Assembly: GCF_006345805.1 (NCBI RefSeq)
Contig: NC_043001.1
Location: 75,516,001 to 75,580,000 of the forward strand
Length of the DNA: 64,000 nt
DNA from: Octopus sinensis
Taxonomy: Eukaryota
Direction of reading: 5' to 3'
Below are positions 40,452 to 53,639 of this stretch, piece by piece. The notes under the pieces are model-generated. The model did no database searches. It saw only the letters and a program-made list of their open reading frames with translations, and had not been told where the DNA came from. Within the stretch, counting starts at the first letter, position 1. Every line of letters starts with the position of its first letter. The position numbers were made by a program, and so were the translations under genes.

Positions 40452-40531
40452 AGCGGCTGAAGAAGGCCACAGACATACATTATGATTTGTTATGTATCTG
40501 TCTAATAAAGGCCCGAAACATATGTACCGCT
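40452..40531 (+). ncRNA. Type I hammerhead ribozyme in the PLE 3' pseudo-LTR
   Basis: AGCGG-CTGAAGA-AGGCC...AGGCCC-GAAAC-ATAT-GTA-CCGCT: 5-bp stem I, GGCC/GGCC stem II extended by AGACA-TACAT/ATGTA-TC-TGTCT, palindromic ACATATGT stem III, GUA site at 40524-40526. Confidence 0.85.
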
Positions 40532-40575
40532 GAATCCTTCGCCTCATGTTTTTATTTTTATTTTTATTTTGATCA

Positions 40576-40617
<42 letters not shown>

Positions 40618-40965
40618 TCATATACTCAATATCACATATTTAATGTATATGTATTGTTAAACGCATGTAGCGCCTAGGAGGGGTCCCTTTAAAGTGTTAA
40701 ACAACATAGTACCCTTCAAAGCCAGGCAAAAGGAAACCGCCCCGGATATGAGCAAGAACGGCAGATATTGATACTTCGATTTCTTCCCGGCTTAACACGA
40801 TAGCTACAAGCATTTAGCAACACCCTTTCTGTTGCTTTGAATTTTTTTCTACTTCTGGGGCGGTACTGCACATCAGCAAGTAGTGTTTACACTATCTAGA
40901 TATACTTCTAGCTGCCAATTTGACTTTTTTCCGGACACAAGGGGAGCAGAAAGAAACTGTGAATA

Positions 40966-41522
40966 CAGTAATACCTCTCTTAACGAAGACCTGCTTTACG
41001 AGACCCCGGGTTTACGAGTTATATTTTTCAAGTACACGATCCAAACTTTGAACAAAGTGCAACAGTTTCTACTACCATAACAAAAGTTTCTGCGTGTTAC
41101 CGAGAAATTTATAGAGAGTGAAAGGAAGCGTATTCTAAGCAAAAAACTCTAGACTTGTTTTTTAATAAGAAATCTTCAAGTCCGTCTACGAGTGGTTGTG
41201 AATCGGCGATCGCGTCTACAAGTGATGGTGTGTGCGAGTTTTGTGCGAGTGAATGTGATTCAGAAAACGATTATAATAATAGTTTTTACTATAAATGATC
41301 TTGACATCCTTTTTACTTTACATAAAATATTTGTTACTTTCTACTGTTGTTTTATTGCCATTTATTTACGAGTATTATAAATTTTACTGGTAAACTATTT
41401 TTCTGCGAACGAATTACAATTCATAACATTGTTATTATGGGAAATTATTGCTTTGCTTTACGAGTTTGCATTTTACGAACGATCCTCGGGAACAAATTAA
41501 CTCGTATATCGAGGCATTAGTG
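40966..41522. mobile_element. Tigger/pogo-like MITE with TA target-site duplication
   Basis: TA|CAGTAATACCTCTCTTAACGA ... TCGTATATCGAGGCATTAGTG|TA imperfect TIRs; repeated subterminal TTTACGA motifs. Confidence 0.7.
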
Positions 41523-42429
41523 TATCTTATCGATATCTGTTGTTCTCGTTCACTTCCGAGCAGCGTCTCTTCTCCTATCTTTGAATCATATTGTGTTTTT
41601 TTTTAAATTATAAGTCTTTAAAAGGATCTCTCCCAATCTTAATACCACAGCTACAATATATATACATAGATAATGAAGATGTTTACATTATTGAGCTGCT
41701 TCTAAGACAAAATTTTAATTTTTGATCTATTTGTACGGCTCTGTTCCACATCAGCAAATAAATTTTACTCTATTTTTAATATACTTCTAGCTGTTAATTC
41801 GATTTCGTGTCAAGGAGTGGCGAGTATCTGCTTTTATTAGCTGAAAACAACCGCGAGATATCGAGATACGTCGTTGACCTATTCTGCGACTGTTCCCTAT
41901 GGGTAGGATGGTATGCATCATACTATATTGCATCAGTCCTGCAGTCTGGGTACATCAGGTACATTCATACATAAACTGGTGTCTTACTAAAGATCTTGAA
42001 TTTGGGCTTTCATGTTATTTTTCCGCTTCATTTAGGGAATGAGCTATTGCTACGATTGCTTTATTGTTAAATAACTATAAGATAAAATATACATAAAACA
42101 AATGCAATAAAATATATAAACTGCAGACTAGCGAAGAAGAAAAGGATTTTTATCAAGGGAAAGCAATATTGATAGTAAGAGACCGGTTGAAGAAAATCAC
42201 ATTAAGTTTAAAGTGAGGGAAGAGTGCTAGAAAAAAAGAAAGGAAAAATAGATACAGGCGAAATTGTCTGGGAGGGCAATATAGATGAGATCTCTTGAGT
42301 AATGATATTAAAAGTTTGCCATCACAGTTACTTTAGGGATATAGCTATGTTTAAGCAGGTGTTGTATAAACTTTAGCACGTACTATATCAATAGTACGTT
42401 GGGTTGTCAGTTCATTCATACATGCATAC

Positions 42430-42558
<129 letters not shown>

Positions 42559-43195
42559 CATATATACATATATACATATATACATATTTACATATATGCA
42601 CATATGTATGTATTATGCATATATGTATACATATGTTGACACAATATCTAAATATTTATTTCACTCCAAGTTCTTAACGTATAGCAGATGTTCTCAATTG
42701 GATATATCCTTCGGTATTTCAAACATTTTCCTCGCATATTAATAAATGATGATCTTATACCTTTAAGAAATAATTCAGATGCAGACATGATTGTGTGGTT
42801 AAGAAACTCGCTTTGCAAACACTTGGTGTCCTGTTCAGTGTCACTTGAACTGTGTCTTCTACAGTATCCCCGGACCCACACATTAGTAAATTTTGTAGAT
42901 GGAAAATGTGTGGAAGCCCGTCGTATATGTATATATATACATATATTTATAGAGAGAGAGAGAGAAAGAAAGAGAGAGAGAGAGAGAGAGAGAGCACACA
43001 CGAAAACGAAAAAGTGTCGCTGAACGGGTCACAGATGTATGACGAAAGATTTCGGGACAATGGACATGAGTTAAAATCAAAAAGAAAAAAAAGAACAGTA
43101 ATAAACGAGTTAAGACCAAATACATAGATATATAGTGCGTGTGTTTATTTGGCAAAAAAAATGACCACCCCGAAATACAACAATATGTATGTATG

Positions 43196-43226
<31 letters not shown>

Positions 43227-43269
43227 ATATACATATACATATATATACGCACACATATATGTATATACG

Positions 43270-44315
43270 GCATTTGACAATATGTATAGGGAAACTCTCG
43301 AGAAGATTGCAAAAGTGTATGGAATACCAGACGATTACATCAGTCTGCTTCGCAGTTTCAACAACAACTCAAGCTGTTGTATTAGAACAGAGTATGGATA
43401 CACTGGTTTTCTTATGCTCGTCACTGGTGTAAGACAAGGATGTTTCCTGTCACCAATGATCTTTCTCATGGTCATCGATTTTGTTATGCAGAGATCAATG
43501 GTGGGACCGGCTGTAGGCATACCATGGATGGCGAGGGAACGGCTAACAGACTTGGATTTTGCCGATGACATTGCTCTCTTGACTGAGGAATGACAACAAA
43601 AATGGAAAGGGAAACGGCGAAGACCGGGCTGAGACTCGGTGGTTAAAAAACGAAGGTAATGCAAGTTGGGAAACAACTAGAAAGTGTCCCAGTGGACGTT
43701 GGGCAAGAACCAGTTGAAAAGGTTACACGTTTCATATATCTGAGAAGCATAGTGACAGGCTGTAAAGTTGGCAAGGTAGTGGCAGTATTTAGAAGACTGA
43801 CAAGACTTTGGTGTAGCAATAACATAACTATAGAGCTGAAGTTTTATTTGTACAAAAAGGCTATCCTGCTAATAGTGATCTATACAGCTGAGACCTGGAA
43901 GATGAAAACAAAAATCGCCCGCTAACTGGACGCATTTCATTAACGGTGTCTCAGAAAGATCCTAAATATCACTTACGGAGACAGTGACAAATGAAGCCAT
44001 TCTTCAAGCAGCAAGAGTTGATCCCCTGTATGCAATTGTAACCGAACGACAAATAAGAATGGTTGGGCACATACTATGACTGCGAGAACATAAGATTGCC
44101 AAAACAATCATGAGTTTGATGTTGCTGGAAGGCAAGAGAAAAAAGTGGCCGGCCAATGAATACGGCGTAGTCCCTTCAGAAAACACCAACGCAGACTGAA
44201 CATCACCTTGGAAGAAGCAAATGGGTTGGCCAGGAGACAGAAATAATTGATGATCACTGAGTGTCTAATGTGCCACTCAAAGGCACCATCGGACCCGAAG
44301 GTGAAGAAGAAGAAG
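43270..44315 (+). mobile_element. 5'-truncated degraded RTE-clade LINE (RT and 3' region)
   Basis: AFDNMYRETL...GVRQGCFLSPMIFLMVIDFVM...LDFADDIALL, FIYLRS, VIYTAETWKM; ends in (GAA)n/(GT)n; stops and frameshifts. Confidence 0.85.
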
Positions 44316-44372
<57 letters not shown>

Positions 44373-44794
44373 CGTGCGTTTGTGTGTATGCATGTGCGTG
44401 GCAAAAGTGACAGACCGAATAAATATCAAACTTAAAGAACAAATTAGCAGTGTGGTTTATTTGTTCGATTAAACCCATCAAGTCGATGCCCCATCATGAG
44501 GACGGTCCAATGACTGAATCAAGCAAGAGATACAAGATAATACTAGATATTCAGTGATAAAGCTATTATCTAATATGAAGGTGAGAAAGTGAGCAGACAT
44601 GGCAATTGATCAGTGTCTCCAAATTTAGTCGAAAGAAATAAAGAAGACATCCTCACCTCTGGTACATATCCCCGAATCTCACAATAGTGTGCGTTACATT
44701 AAAGTCATCAAAGAGTCAGAGTGTGATGTATAAGGCGACGGCTTAAACTGGATTCTACTATAATCATAAGCGAGCGTCATTTGATTATCTATGA

Positions 44795-45641
44795 CTAGCA
44801 GAATTGCCCGGTGTTGCTCGGGACTGAATTGCTTGAAAGTACTGTTAATGATTGCACTGAATTATGATGATTATTCAGGCAAATATTGATATAAGTTTAC
44901 GGTGGGAGATAAGGACTTAACGATCAAACGTGTGCCATTGCATTGTTTTGGGGGAACCAAATTTCTGATGAGCATTATAGGGGCACCAACTTTAAGTTTG
45001 AGAAAGTGTGGTGGTAGTCCGGGGTGCTCAAAGGAATTGAGCACCTCTATTGGATAGTTGATGACGTCCTCTGGGTCAGGAGTTGTATCGATAGACTGAT
45101 ATACATAGACTTCCCCAGGAATGAGTTTTAGCATTTCATCATTAATATGGTGAACAGTTCTATTCCTCGAGGCCAGTATAGCTTTTTTGCCAATCCAATC
45201 CATATTCTGATAATTAGCTTGTAGATCTGGGAACACTGCATCTCTGAGATCAGAAGGCGTCTTAACAATGGTACAAATGGAATCGATGGCAATATTACCA
45301 TTTTCATCCCCTGGTATTTTGCCTTCGCCAAGTGCAAGGAGGGTGTGAGGAAATGCTGCTGATGTGATATTACGTCGCATATGAGCACGCATATTGGTGT
45401 GAAGTTTGAGAGTTACTTCCCTTTATTAAAAAAAATATGCATTAAAATGGAAAAAAATGATGGTAAATTATTTGTAAAATCGTAGACTCATCGTAGACGC
45501 GCGCTAATACCCAGAAGAGGTCGATATGAATCACGACTATAAGATACCCGGTTTTGGTTAAACTGCATCGCAAAATGTGGGAGTAGTTAGGAATCTAAAT
45601 CGGAGTAGACAAACACACAACCTTTCTTTTATATATAAAGA
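44795..45641 (-). mobile_element. Internally deleted Helitron carrying a Pif1-helicase fragment
   Basis: Minus strand A|TCTTTATATATAAAAG ... CCCGAGCAACACCGGG hairpin ... CTAG|T; ORF 44871-45392 contains AILASRN...IN, PIEVLNS...GLPPHFLKLKVGAPIMLIRNL...CNGTRLIV (Helitron helicase). Confidence 0.9.
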
Positions 45642-46168
45642 TTTTCGTCCTAAAAACTTTGTATGGATTGAATGGTTACCTCTATGGAAATATATACACG
45701 CACATTATACATACATGTGTGTATAGATGAATATATAAATACATTTAAATATCTATATACACTTTTGGGCGATCTTTCTGTTTCTTAGAGATAACTTTAG
45801 AACTTATTTTCGTCCTAAAAAACTTTGTATGGAGTGAATGGTTACCTCTATGGAAATATATACACACACGTTATACATACATGTGTGCATAGATGAATAT
45901 ATAAATACATTTATATATCTATATACACTTTTGGGCGATCTTTCTGCTACTTAGAGATAAATTTAGATCTTATTTTCGTCCTAAAAAACTTTGTGCGGAG
46001 TGAATCGTTACCTCTATGGAAATATATACACACACATTATACATACATCTGTGTATAGATGAATATATAAATACATTTAAATATCTATATACACTTTTGG
46101 GCGATCTTTCTGCTACTTGGATATACTTTAGATCTTATATTCGTCCTAAAAATCTTTGTATGAATTGA
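45641..46168. repeat. ~165-bp tandem repeat, three full units plus a partial unit
   Basis: AT(T/A)TTCGTCCTAAAAA recurs at 45641, 45806, 45972 and 46137 with highly similar intervening sequence. Confidence 0.93.
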
Positions 46169-46956
46169 AAAAGAAAATGAATTGAAATTTTTAAGAAAGG
46201 AATTTGTTTACATACATGTGTGAAATGGCAAATGTTTGTACAGTTGTCCGAAATGGAACTAGGGTAAATGTGTGGAACTGATGTATTATAATGAATAGTC
46301 CTTCTTGTTGTGAATATTAATTTGATTAATATGAACTGAAAACCAGTGGTGTAGCATATAAGACCATAGGTGATCTAGCAAAAAGGATGACCAGTCTGAC
46401 TGGCTCATCCCTGTCACACACTCACACACACGCACACACACACACACACGCACCCTCACACACACACACACACGCACACACACACACACACACGCACACA
46501 CACACACAGAGACACGTTAGCTTACAATTTTATTTATATATTTGCGTGTCTATTTGTGTGTAAATAGGAAGTGGGAGTAATATGCAGATCGAAAGAGTGA
46601 AATGGTAAAATATTTAGTTTTCTCGAATTTTTTCTGAAATGGGGGTGAAATTGAAAGAAATTTGTTTGCCATGACCGAATGGAAGTACTTTGAAAAATCA
46701 TAGGTAAACTCTAATTGAAGAAATTGTGTGAGGAGTAAATCGTTATGTATTTATTTGTTTCTGTTAGCTGTGTTTTTTTTTTTGAGTAGTGGTTTAAGGT
46801 ACACTTGCAAAGAGAAAGTATGAGAAATTATGTTGATAGCATGAGTGAAGCAGTTCATCCGTTTTATATAAATACTTTCACTTTAATCGCTGCACACTTG
46901 CAAAGAGAAAGAAGGAGACATTAGGGTGATAGCATGAGTGAAGCAGTTCGCTCCGC

Positions 46957-46995
<39 letters not shown>

Positions 46996-47214
46996 AGCCC
47001 ACACTAAGAAAAGCACTTCACTTACACATCACAATGTGAGTTTTCTCGAAATTTTGCTTAATTGGGGGTGAAATTTGAAAAACTGTACCTGGCACAACCC
47101 GATGTATTCTACTCTTAAAAATGCTAGGTAAATTGTAATTGAAGAAATCCCATATTGTAGATTTCTATAAGAGACAAAGGGAGACAGATAAAATCTGCAT
47201 TTTATAATAAGAGA
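45642..47214 (-). mobile_element. 5' portion of a second non-autonomous Helitron abutting the first
   Basis: Minus strand begins A|TCTCTTATTATAAAATGCAG (Helitron-type 5' end); contains the 165-bp tandem array and internal duplications (46801-46857 vs 46894-46949); no separate CTAG end seen. Confidence 0.6.
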
Positions 47215-47646
47215 TACATATTCAAGGCATATGTTTGCTGCGACTTAAATTCATTTTGTGCCAATATACAGAATGAATGATGAAAAAAAATTGATCTCGG
47301 GTTAACTTTTCTAAAATAAAATCAAATATACTTCTCACTGATCAATAGTCATTTAAATAAAAAAAATAGATAGACGAAATCATTTGCCTTCAAGTAATGA
47401 AACGAAATGAAAAAAACTTCAATAAGAACCTGAAAGCTGCAAGTCAGACGTTTTAATGTTAGTGTGAAAAAAACATTTACGGATGTAATGAAACGTAAAC
47501 TTTGTTATATTTAACCATATATGGAGGAAATGAAAACTAGATTCCTTATAATGATGTTGGATTAACATATTTTTAACATATTCCTTATCAACTCCTCCAT
47601 AATCGCCCGCATGATCACAATCACCTTGACCAAAACATTTCTTCTT

Positions 47647-47751
<105 letters not shown>

Positions 47752-47967
47752 GCGGCGGCGGTGAGCTGGCAGAATGGTTAGCACACCACTCGAAATGCTT
47801 AGCAGTATTTCGCCTGTCTTTACGTTCTGAGTTCAAATTCCGCCGAGGTCGACTTTGCCTTTCAGCCTTTCGGGGTCAATAAATTAAGAAGCAGTAAAAC
47901 ACTGGGGTCGATGTAATCGACTGGTCCACTCCCCAAAATTTCTGCCCTGGTATCTTTAGTAGAAAAT
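47752..47967 (+). mobile_element. tRNA-derived SINE in (ATT)n
   Basis: GCGGCGGCGGTGAGCTGGCAGAATGG...GAGTTCAAATTCCGCCGAGGTCGAC; family of 4397-4811. Confidence 0.85.
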
Positions 47968-47971
47968 ATTA

Positions 47972-48050
<79 letters not shown>

Positions 48051-48059
48051 CATTATTAT

Positions 48060-48113
<54 letters not shown>

Positions 48114-48117
48114 TATT

Positions 48118-49530
48118 AATGGTTTCTTTCCATTATAGCTTTATTTCAGCTTCCTTAGTACCGGGCATCCTCTGGAAGCTAAGAGTAGCAAGGGCACTTT
48201 GGTTTTGCTATGCATGCTACAATTATCACTACATTTATTCCATTTTAGATGGAGAGAGCTTTCCGTACTATATGGACTGTACCCTTCAACGTTATCTTTT
48301 GTATTTCACAGAAATTGGAGTTACCAGGAGTTGCTTAATGTACTTCTCAGTTCCCTTCTTTATCAATCCCAATGCACTAATTACTACTGGTATTATCGTA
48401 GTACTAAGCTTCCACATTTTTGTTTATTTCAATTTGCATATCATTATTGCGAGAAAGCTTTTTGTGTTCTTTTCTTGAGACATTTTGATCTTGTGGGACA
48501 GACATATCTATTAAGAGACGAGCTCCTCTGTTGTAGTCCTTGATCACAATGTCTGGTCGATTGGAGTCACTTTTTACGTCTGTTTGTATGTGAAAGTTTC
48601 AAAGGATGGTGACACTTTCAGCATTAACTGGTCCTCTAGACAGTGCCTGTGCCACTTATCATGGGATTCAATTTTGTAGTATTTACAAGCATTACCGTGG
48701 ATGTACTGCCATAGTCTGTCATGTCTTATGAGGTACTCCTTTTCAGCGAAGATTGGGCTGCAAGAAACAACATGATCAATTGTCTCTCTGAACTTCCTGC
48801 AAATTCTGCACGAGGGGCCAGATCCGTCTTTAAGGACGTATGCATGGCAGTTTCTGGTAGGAAAACTCTGATCGTGCACTGCAAAAACAAAATCTTCTGT
48901 TTCGCCTTTCGGACCTGTCTCTTGGTGTGTTAGATTTTGATCAATGTCTGGCTTGGAAGGCGGTTAGGGTATTTTCTATGCAGGAGTTTGCATTTCCAAT
49001 TGTCTTCGATATTATTCATGCAAGTCTTCTTTGCTTTTTGTTTGATGTTTTTTGCATCAGTGATATCTTTGTCACTATTTGGATCTCGTTATTCTTTCTG
49101 ATGGTTAATTTCTAAATCAGGAGAATCAATGGTACATCTATCAGCATTTGGATACCTTTGGTCATTCTTATTGTCAACTTGTAGGCTAACAGACCTTTTA
49201 AATTTCTGACTAAACTTCATGAATGAAGCTTGCTTGGAATCTACATGCTTCAGAGCAGTTCGTAAGATCACATTACTTGTTGTATTAAGGTACGTTTTGA
49301 GGCCTATTATTGCTGATTTCAAGGATTGCTCGAGCTATATCAGGTATCTTCTACCTATTTTCCTTGGGAGATAAATCCTGTCTACATCTGATTTTCGATG
49401 GTGCATTCGGCACCTTATAACGGTTTTACGGATCTTTCCATCCATATTCTGCATGTCAGTGAGACTCCACTTAATGATACCGAAGCTATATGTGGTTACT
49501 GGTACGTCTACTGTCCATACGATTACCTCT
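48118..49530 (-). mobile_element. Degraded R4/Dong-type LINE 3' half
   Basis: CRICRKFRETIDHVVSC (CCHC knuckle), EYLIRHDRL, MWKLSTTIIPVVISALGLIKK (RLE); 3' end runs into (ATG)n/(AAT)n on the minus strand. Confidence 0.82.
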
Positions 49531-49565
49531 GCTCCATATCTAAGGAGTTAAATCGCCCAGGGGTT

Positions 49566-49723
49566 GATAGCTTCAGTCTTATTCTGTCCGTTTAATTTCG
49601 ATTTAGTTGATGGCTTCATTCTTATTCCATCCGTTTAATTTCGACTTGGTTGATAGCTTGAATCTTATTCCGTCTTTTTAATTTCGACTTAGGTGATAGC
49701 TTTAATCTCATTCTGTTCGTTTA
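49566..49723. repeat. 43-bp minisatellite, about 3.7 units
   Basis: GAT(A/G)GCTT..TCTTATTC..TCCGTTTAATTTCGA.TT.GTT repeated with period 43. Confidence 0.85.
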
Positions 49724-49740
49724 TTATTATTACTATCATG

Positions 49741-49830
<90 letters not shown>

Positions 49831-50469
49831 GTTATTGTTATTGTTATTGTGATCGTTATTGTTATTAGTCAGTCAACTTCTATTGGGTATTTTCTCCGCT
49901 CTATCGAATATAGCTTTGTAAACCTTAGGCGTGTGCAATGTTTTGTTCTGGTTTTGTATGTTCTGTTCTATGGGTTATGTATTTACCTGGATGTGTTTGT
50001 CCATTAATGAGGCAACCGATATATTATATCGTTTCTGTTTCCTGTCCCCACATAGCTCTATACTTATATTCGGATAATCTCCACAAGTTTGCCAGGGATA
50101 TATTATCTGTTGGGAATGTATTTCGATTAAAGACATTTCCTTTACCGGCGGTCTTTTACAACAATATTTTGGTCAATTATTCATGATCACTCAGTGTCTG
50201 TGTTTTGGTATTTCGCAGTATATGATTGCTTTGTTGATCTTTGAGACCGTTTCTGTTGTATTATTATACCACCTCTTTTCTGTTTGCAGTTCATCGATCT
50301 CCAATACATTTTTTTACTTTGCGGTTCACGTCCATACTGCAAACAACTTCTCTGTCAAAGGAAAGTGAAATGTGGGAACAAGAGCTATAAAACTGCTTTT
50401 GTAGAACAATATAGCTATTCCTAAAGAAGCAACAATAATAACTCTTTGATCCCCTAAAGGTTTCTAAAT

Positions 50470-50625
50470 ACGCAGTAATTGTTCGATTAAAAAAAAATAT
50501 TTCCAGAACCACCACGACAATGAATAATGTAATGATGAAAATAAAGTATATTGCTCTGTATGGCATTCCTTAAAAGTATCGAAAGTATGTGATTACTCCA
50601 GGATCAATACTTCTCCAGTTCGTGT
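50470..50625. repeat. Unclassified dispersed repeat (also at about 57710-57850 and partially at 51740-51795)
   Basis: Shared blocks TAATTGTTCGATT, ATGAATAAT, GTATGGCATTC and ATGTGATTACT in the same order. Confidence 0.6.
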
Positions 50626-50696
50626 TTGCTTGCGACTAAGCGGCCATTTATCTTTTTCCCTAACTGCTACTTACTATGCGGCTTCGTTAATATATG

Positions 50697-52005
50697 CGGT
50701 GTGTCCAAAATGAAATGGACTTTCAAAGCAGTGTACCAGCCAGTCAGTTAGCACAGTATGTTTGCTATATCATAGCTATGTAGGGGTAATCTTGTCTCTT
50801 AAGTCTAAATATCGCCACATCACCCTACCTCAATTAAGCATTAATCGCTATAGACAGTGTAGCTTTGTTTAGCGCATTTGGCGATTCGTCGTAAGTTCAA
50901 CAAAGAAGCAAATGTATGAGCAAATGGATCGTGTAAATTTCTATTTCAATTTAGGCGAAACATTTACAGAGACTTTTCTAATGTTTCAACAGGTCTCTGG
51001 AACTATCTTTTGAGTCATACTCAATGTCGCAAGTGGTATCATAATGTCAAAGGCGATCCAAATCTGGACGAATTTTCTCAGCAACATACAGCGATCTCAT
51101 TACGAAAGTAATTTCTGTGAAAGTTGCCGCCAGACAGTCAGTGAAATTTCTGAAACAGCTGGCATCTGTAAACGTTCTGGACGCGTGATTTTAAACTAAA
51201 CATTTATGTTACATCACGTTAATGTAAAAGTAGGACGGGGCCTATTGACAAATGAACCAAAATAACCGATCGCATTCAGTCGTTCTGTAGATTTTGATTG
51301 TCCTAATGCTGATGAAAATGTTCTGGTAAGGTGCTATAACAGGTAGCAATACGTGGGTGTACAGTTACGATGTTGAAATCAAAAGCAGTCATAACTGTAG
51401 GCAGGGGTATCATTGTGGTGACCATATTGCTCAAATATGAAGCTGAATATGGTCGTCATTCTTTGCTTTTCATTAAAAGGGCATCATTTGTCATGAGATT
51501 CTTTTCCACGTTATCAAACAATCAATAAGGACTTGGATGTTCAGAGGCATTTCGGAGAGTTCAGTTTAAAGGGGCTGAGGTATGGAAAGATAAATGCTAG
51601 GTGATGGATGCATAAAAATAACATATTATTCGCCCATCATTATCCGTATCTTTTTGCCAAAACACGATACAGCTCTCATCGCCTGCCACCTTTCTCACTG
51701 GATTTGGTACATGCAAACATTTTGATTTCATTTCCAAGGTAGTTCGATTGAAAACATTATTTCCAGAACCGTCATGACGATGAATAATTCAACATTATTA
51801 AAAGTTATTATACTTATTAAAAGTTGCCTATTGCAGAAAATAGATGTCGAATAAAATTTGCTAAGGGAAGTGTGTTCGACCAGAAGATTCTAAAATTGGT
51901 AAAAAAAAAAATAGGGGTTATATATCAAACACAAAGCAACGATTTTGAAGCATACAAGTCTAGTTAATTTGTAAGTAAATCAATGAATTTTATTCTTTTG
52001 GCTCT
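50697..52005 (+). mobile_element. Degraded mariner transposon
   Basis: Broken frames give EQMDRVNFYFNLGETFTETFLMFQQV (N-terminus), ITGSNTWVYSYDVEIK (cf. TGDETW) and PPFSLDLV (cf. YSPDLAP). Confidence 0.75.
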
Positions 52006-53639
52006 CGTCTCTTTTTCGCTGTACATCGTATTTCTGTTTTATATCTATTTAGTATTTTATAATGGCATGTCTTTTATCCTGTTCTGCAATCGTGAATCCT
52101 TCAGTCTTTGTCATGTGATCTGCAAATCTCACCTAGTGTTGCGATTTTTCTTTGACTATTTGCACTTACAATTTTGAAATTTGTCTACGAAGGGGGTTTT
52201 CTTGTGATCATTTTAAAACGGCAGACAATAGCCTTTATTTTTTAATCATAGTTTTAAGTATTTTCTTTTTCATAATTTCTTTTGTAGTCTTTCGACTTTC
52301 TTCATAAGTATCTGTTATCGTAGCCTCTGTTTTGTGTTTGTAAGGTTCTTTGGAGATGGAAACCATTTTATTGCCGTGATTTGTAGCAATTTTTATTTCT
52401 TTGCCAGATTCATTTTTTTTAGTAAATATATCTTAATCTCACAGAAGACATTATAATTTTATAGTTATATATAGCATCTACCATCCTGTAAACATAAGTC
52501 TGTTGGTTGGCGTTTTCTGAATGCCATCATTATTTTTTCTTGCTAGTTTTGCTTGCACATTTAACATCCGATTGAGAATATAACTATAAATTATTACTGA
52601 GACAACTATCGTATTAATCTAATGCGTCTATGACATTCCTTCATAGCTTTTCTGTTCTGTGTGTATCTCGCTAGTATCTTGGCTCCCAAGTATCTATAAG
52701 ACTGGGTTTGTTGTAATTCTATTATCTCTGTTTCTTTATCAAACATCTTAATAGTTCTTTTAATTGATATATGTCTCTTCAAGATTGATTCCGTCCATTA
52801 TTAGTAATCCAGATCTCAAATAAAACATTTATTAAATCCGTCTTCTGTGCATATATTATTTTACTTGTTTATAATAGGAAGATTACAACCTTAGTTTGTC
52901 CATACAGGCAGAATTACTGTTTACTCTCTCGTGACATTTGTATCCGACTTCTGTTTGATGTAATAGATAAGTTAAAGATATTAGTACTCAGTAGAAAAGT
53001 AACCGAGTGAAGAATTCTCCTTGGAATACTCATCTTCTAATTTAAATACTTTTTCTTTTAATCTTTAGTTTTTTCAGCTATTTGACTGCAGCCATGGAAG
53101 GAGACCAACTCAAAGGGTTTCAGTCGAGTAGTTGGATGGCAGTACTTATTCTTTCTAAATGTCTATTGTTTCCAGTACGTAGGTTTGGTGAGAAAACTGC
53201 AAGTGATATATTCCTGTCTTGCCTAGATTCTACTTTTACCTTCTACAATTTTCAGTTATGGCATTGTTTGATCAAGCATTGCGTTTCATAGCCACATGAG
53301 CCTAGGCATAATTTCTTCACGTCGTTAGAATTCTTCATTTATTTGTTTATTTGTTTATTTATTGATTTTTAGGATTCTGTAACATTGCAGATACGGGCCT
53401 CTACTGTACAGGAAGAAGGCTGAAGACAAAACAGTTAGTTTCGGGGGGAATTTGTTGCTTATATAGCCTTGGTGATTAAAATGGTAATTTTTCTCCAGTG
53501 AACTAAAAAGGTGGTAGTACTGTCTTCGTCAGTGTGTTATCAGACATTTGCGAATACCTTTTATATCAAAGATAAAAAGTTTAAACCGAAGTTTTAGACC
53601 TTATCATCCATCGATATGGTCCATATTATTATTTCACAT

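Larger units (their letters stand above)
36731..40578 (+). mobile_element. Penelope-like retroelement (Naiad-like), 5'-truncated, inserted in (TA)n
   Basis: Unique sequence bounded by (TA)n at both ends (36683-36733 and 40579-40612); holds the RT/GIY-YIG ORF, ~1.8 kb of 3' non-coding sequence and a hammerhead ~50 nt from the 3' end. Confidence 0.88.

Noticed and set aside
40070-40660. 196-aa ORF overlapping the PLE 3' end
   Set aside because: Low-complexity F/I/Y composition from T-rich tracts and (TA)n; it overlaps the ribozyme and has no recognisable domain.
45641-46168. CRISPR-like array (also 49566-49723 and the 30-bp duplication at about 55380-55440)
   Set aside because: Whole units repeat with no unique spacers, the context is eukaryotic, and there are no cas genes.
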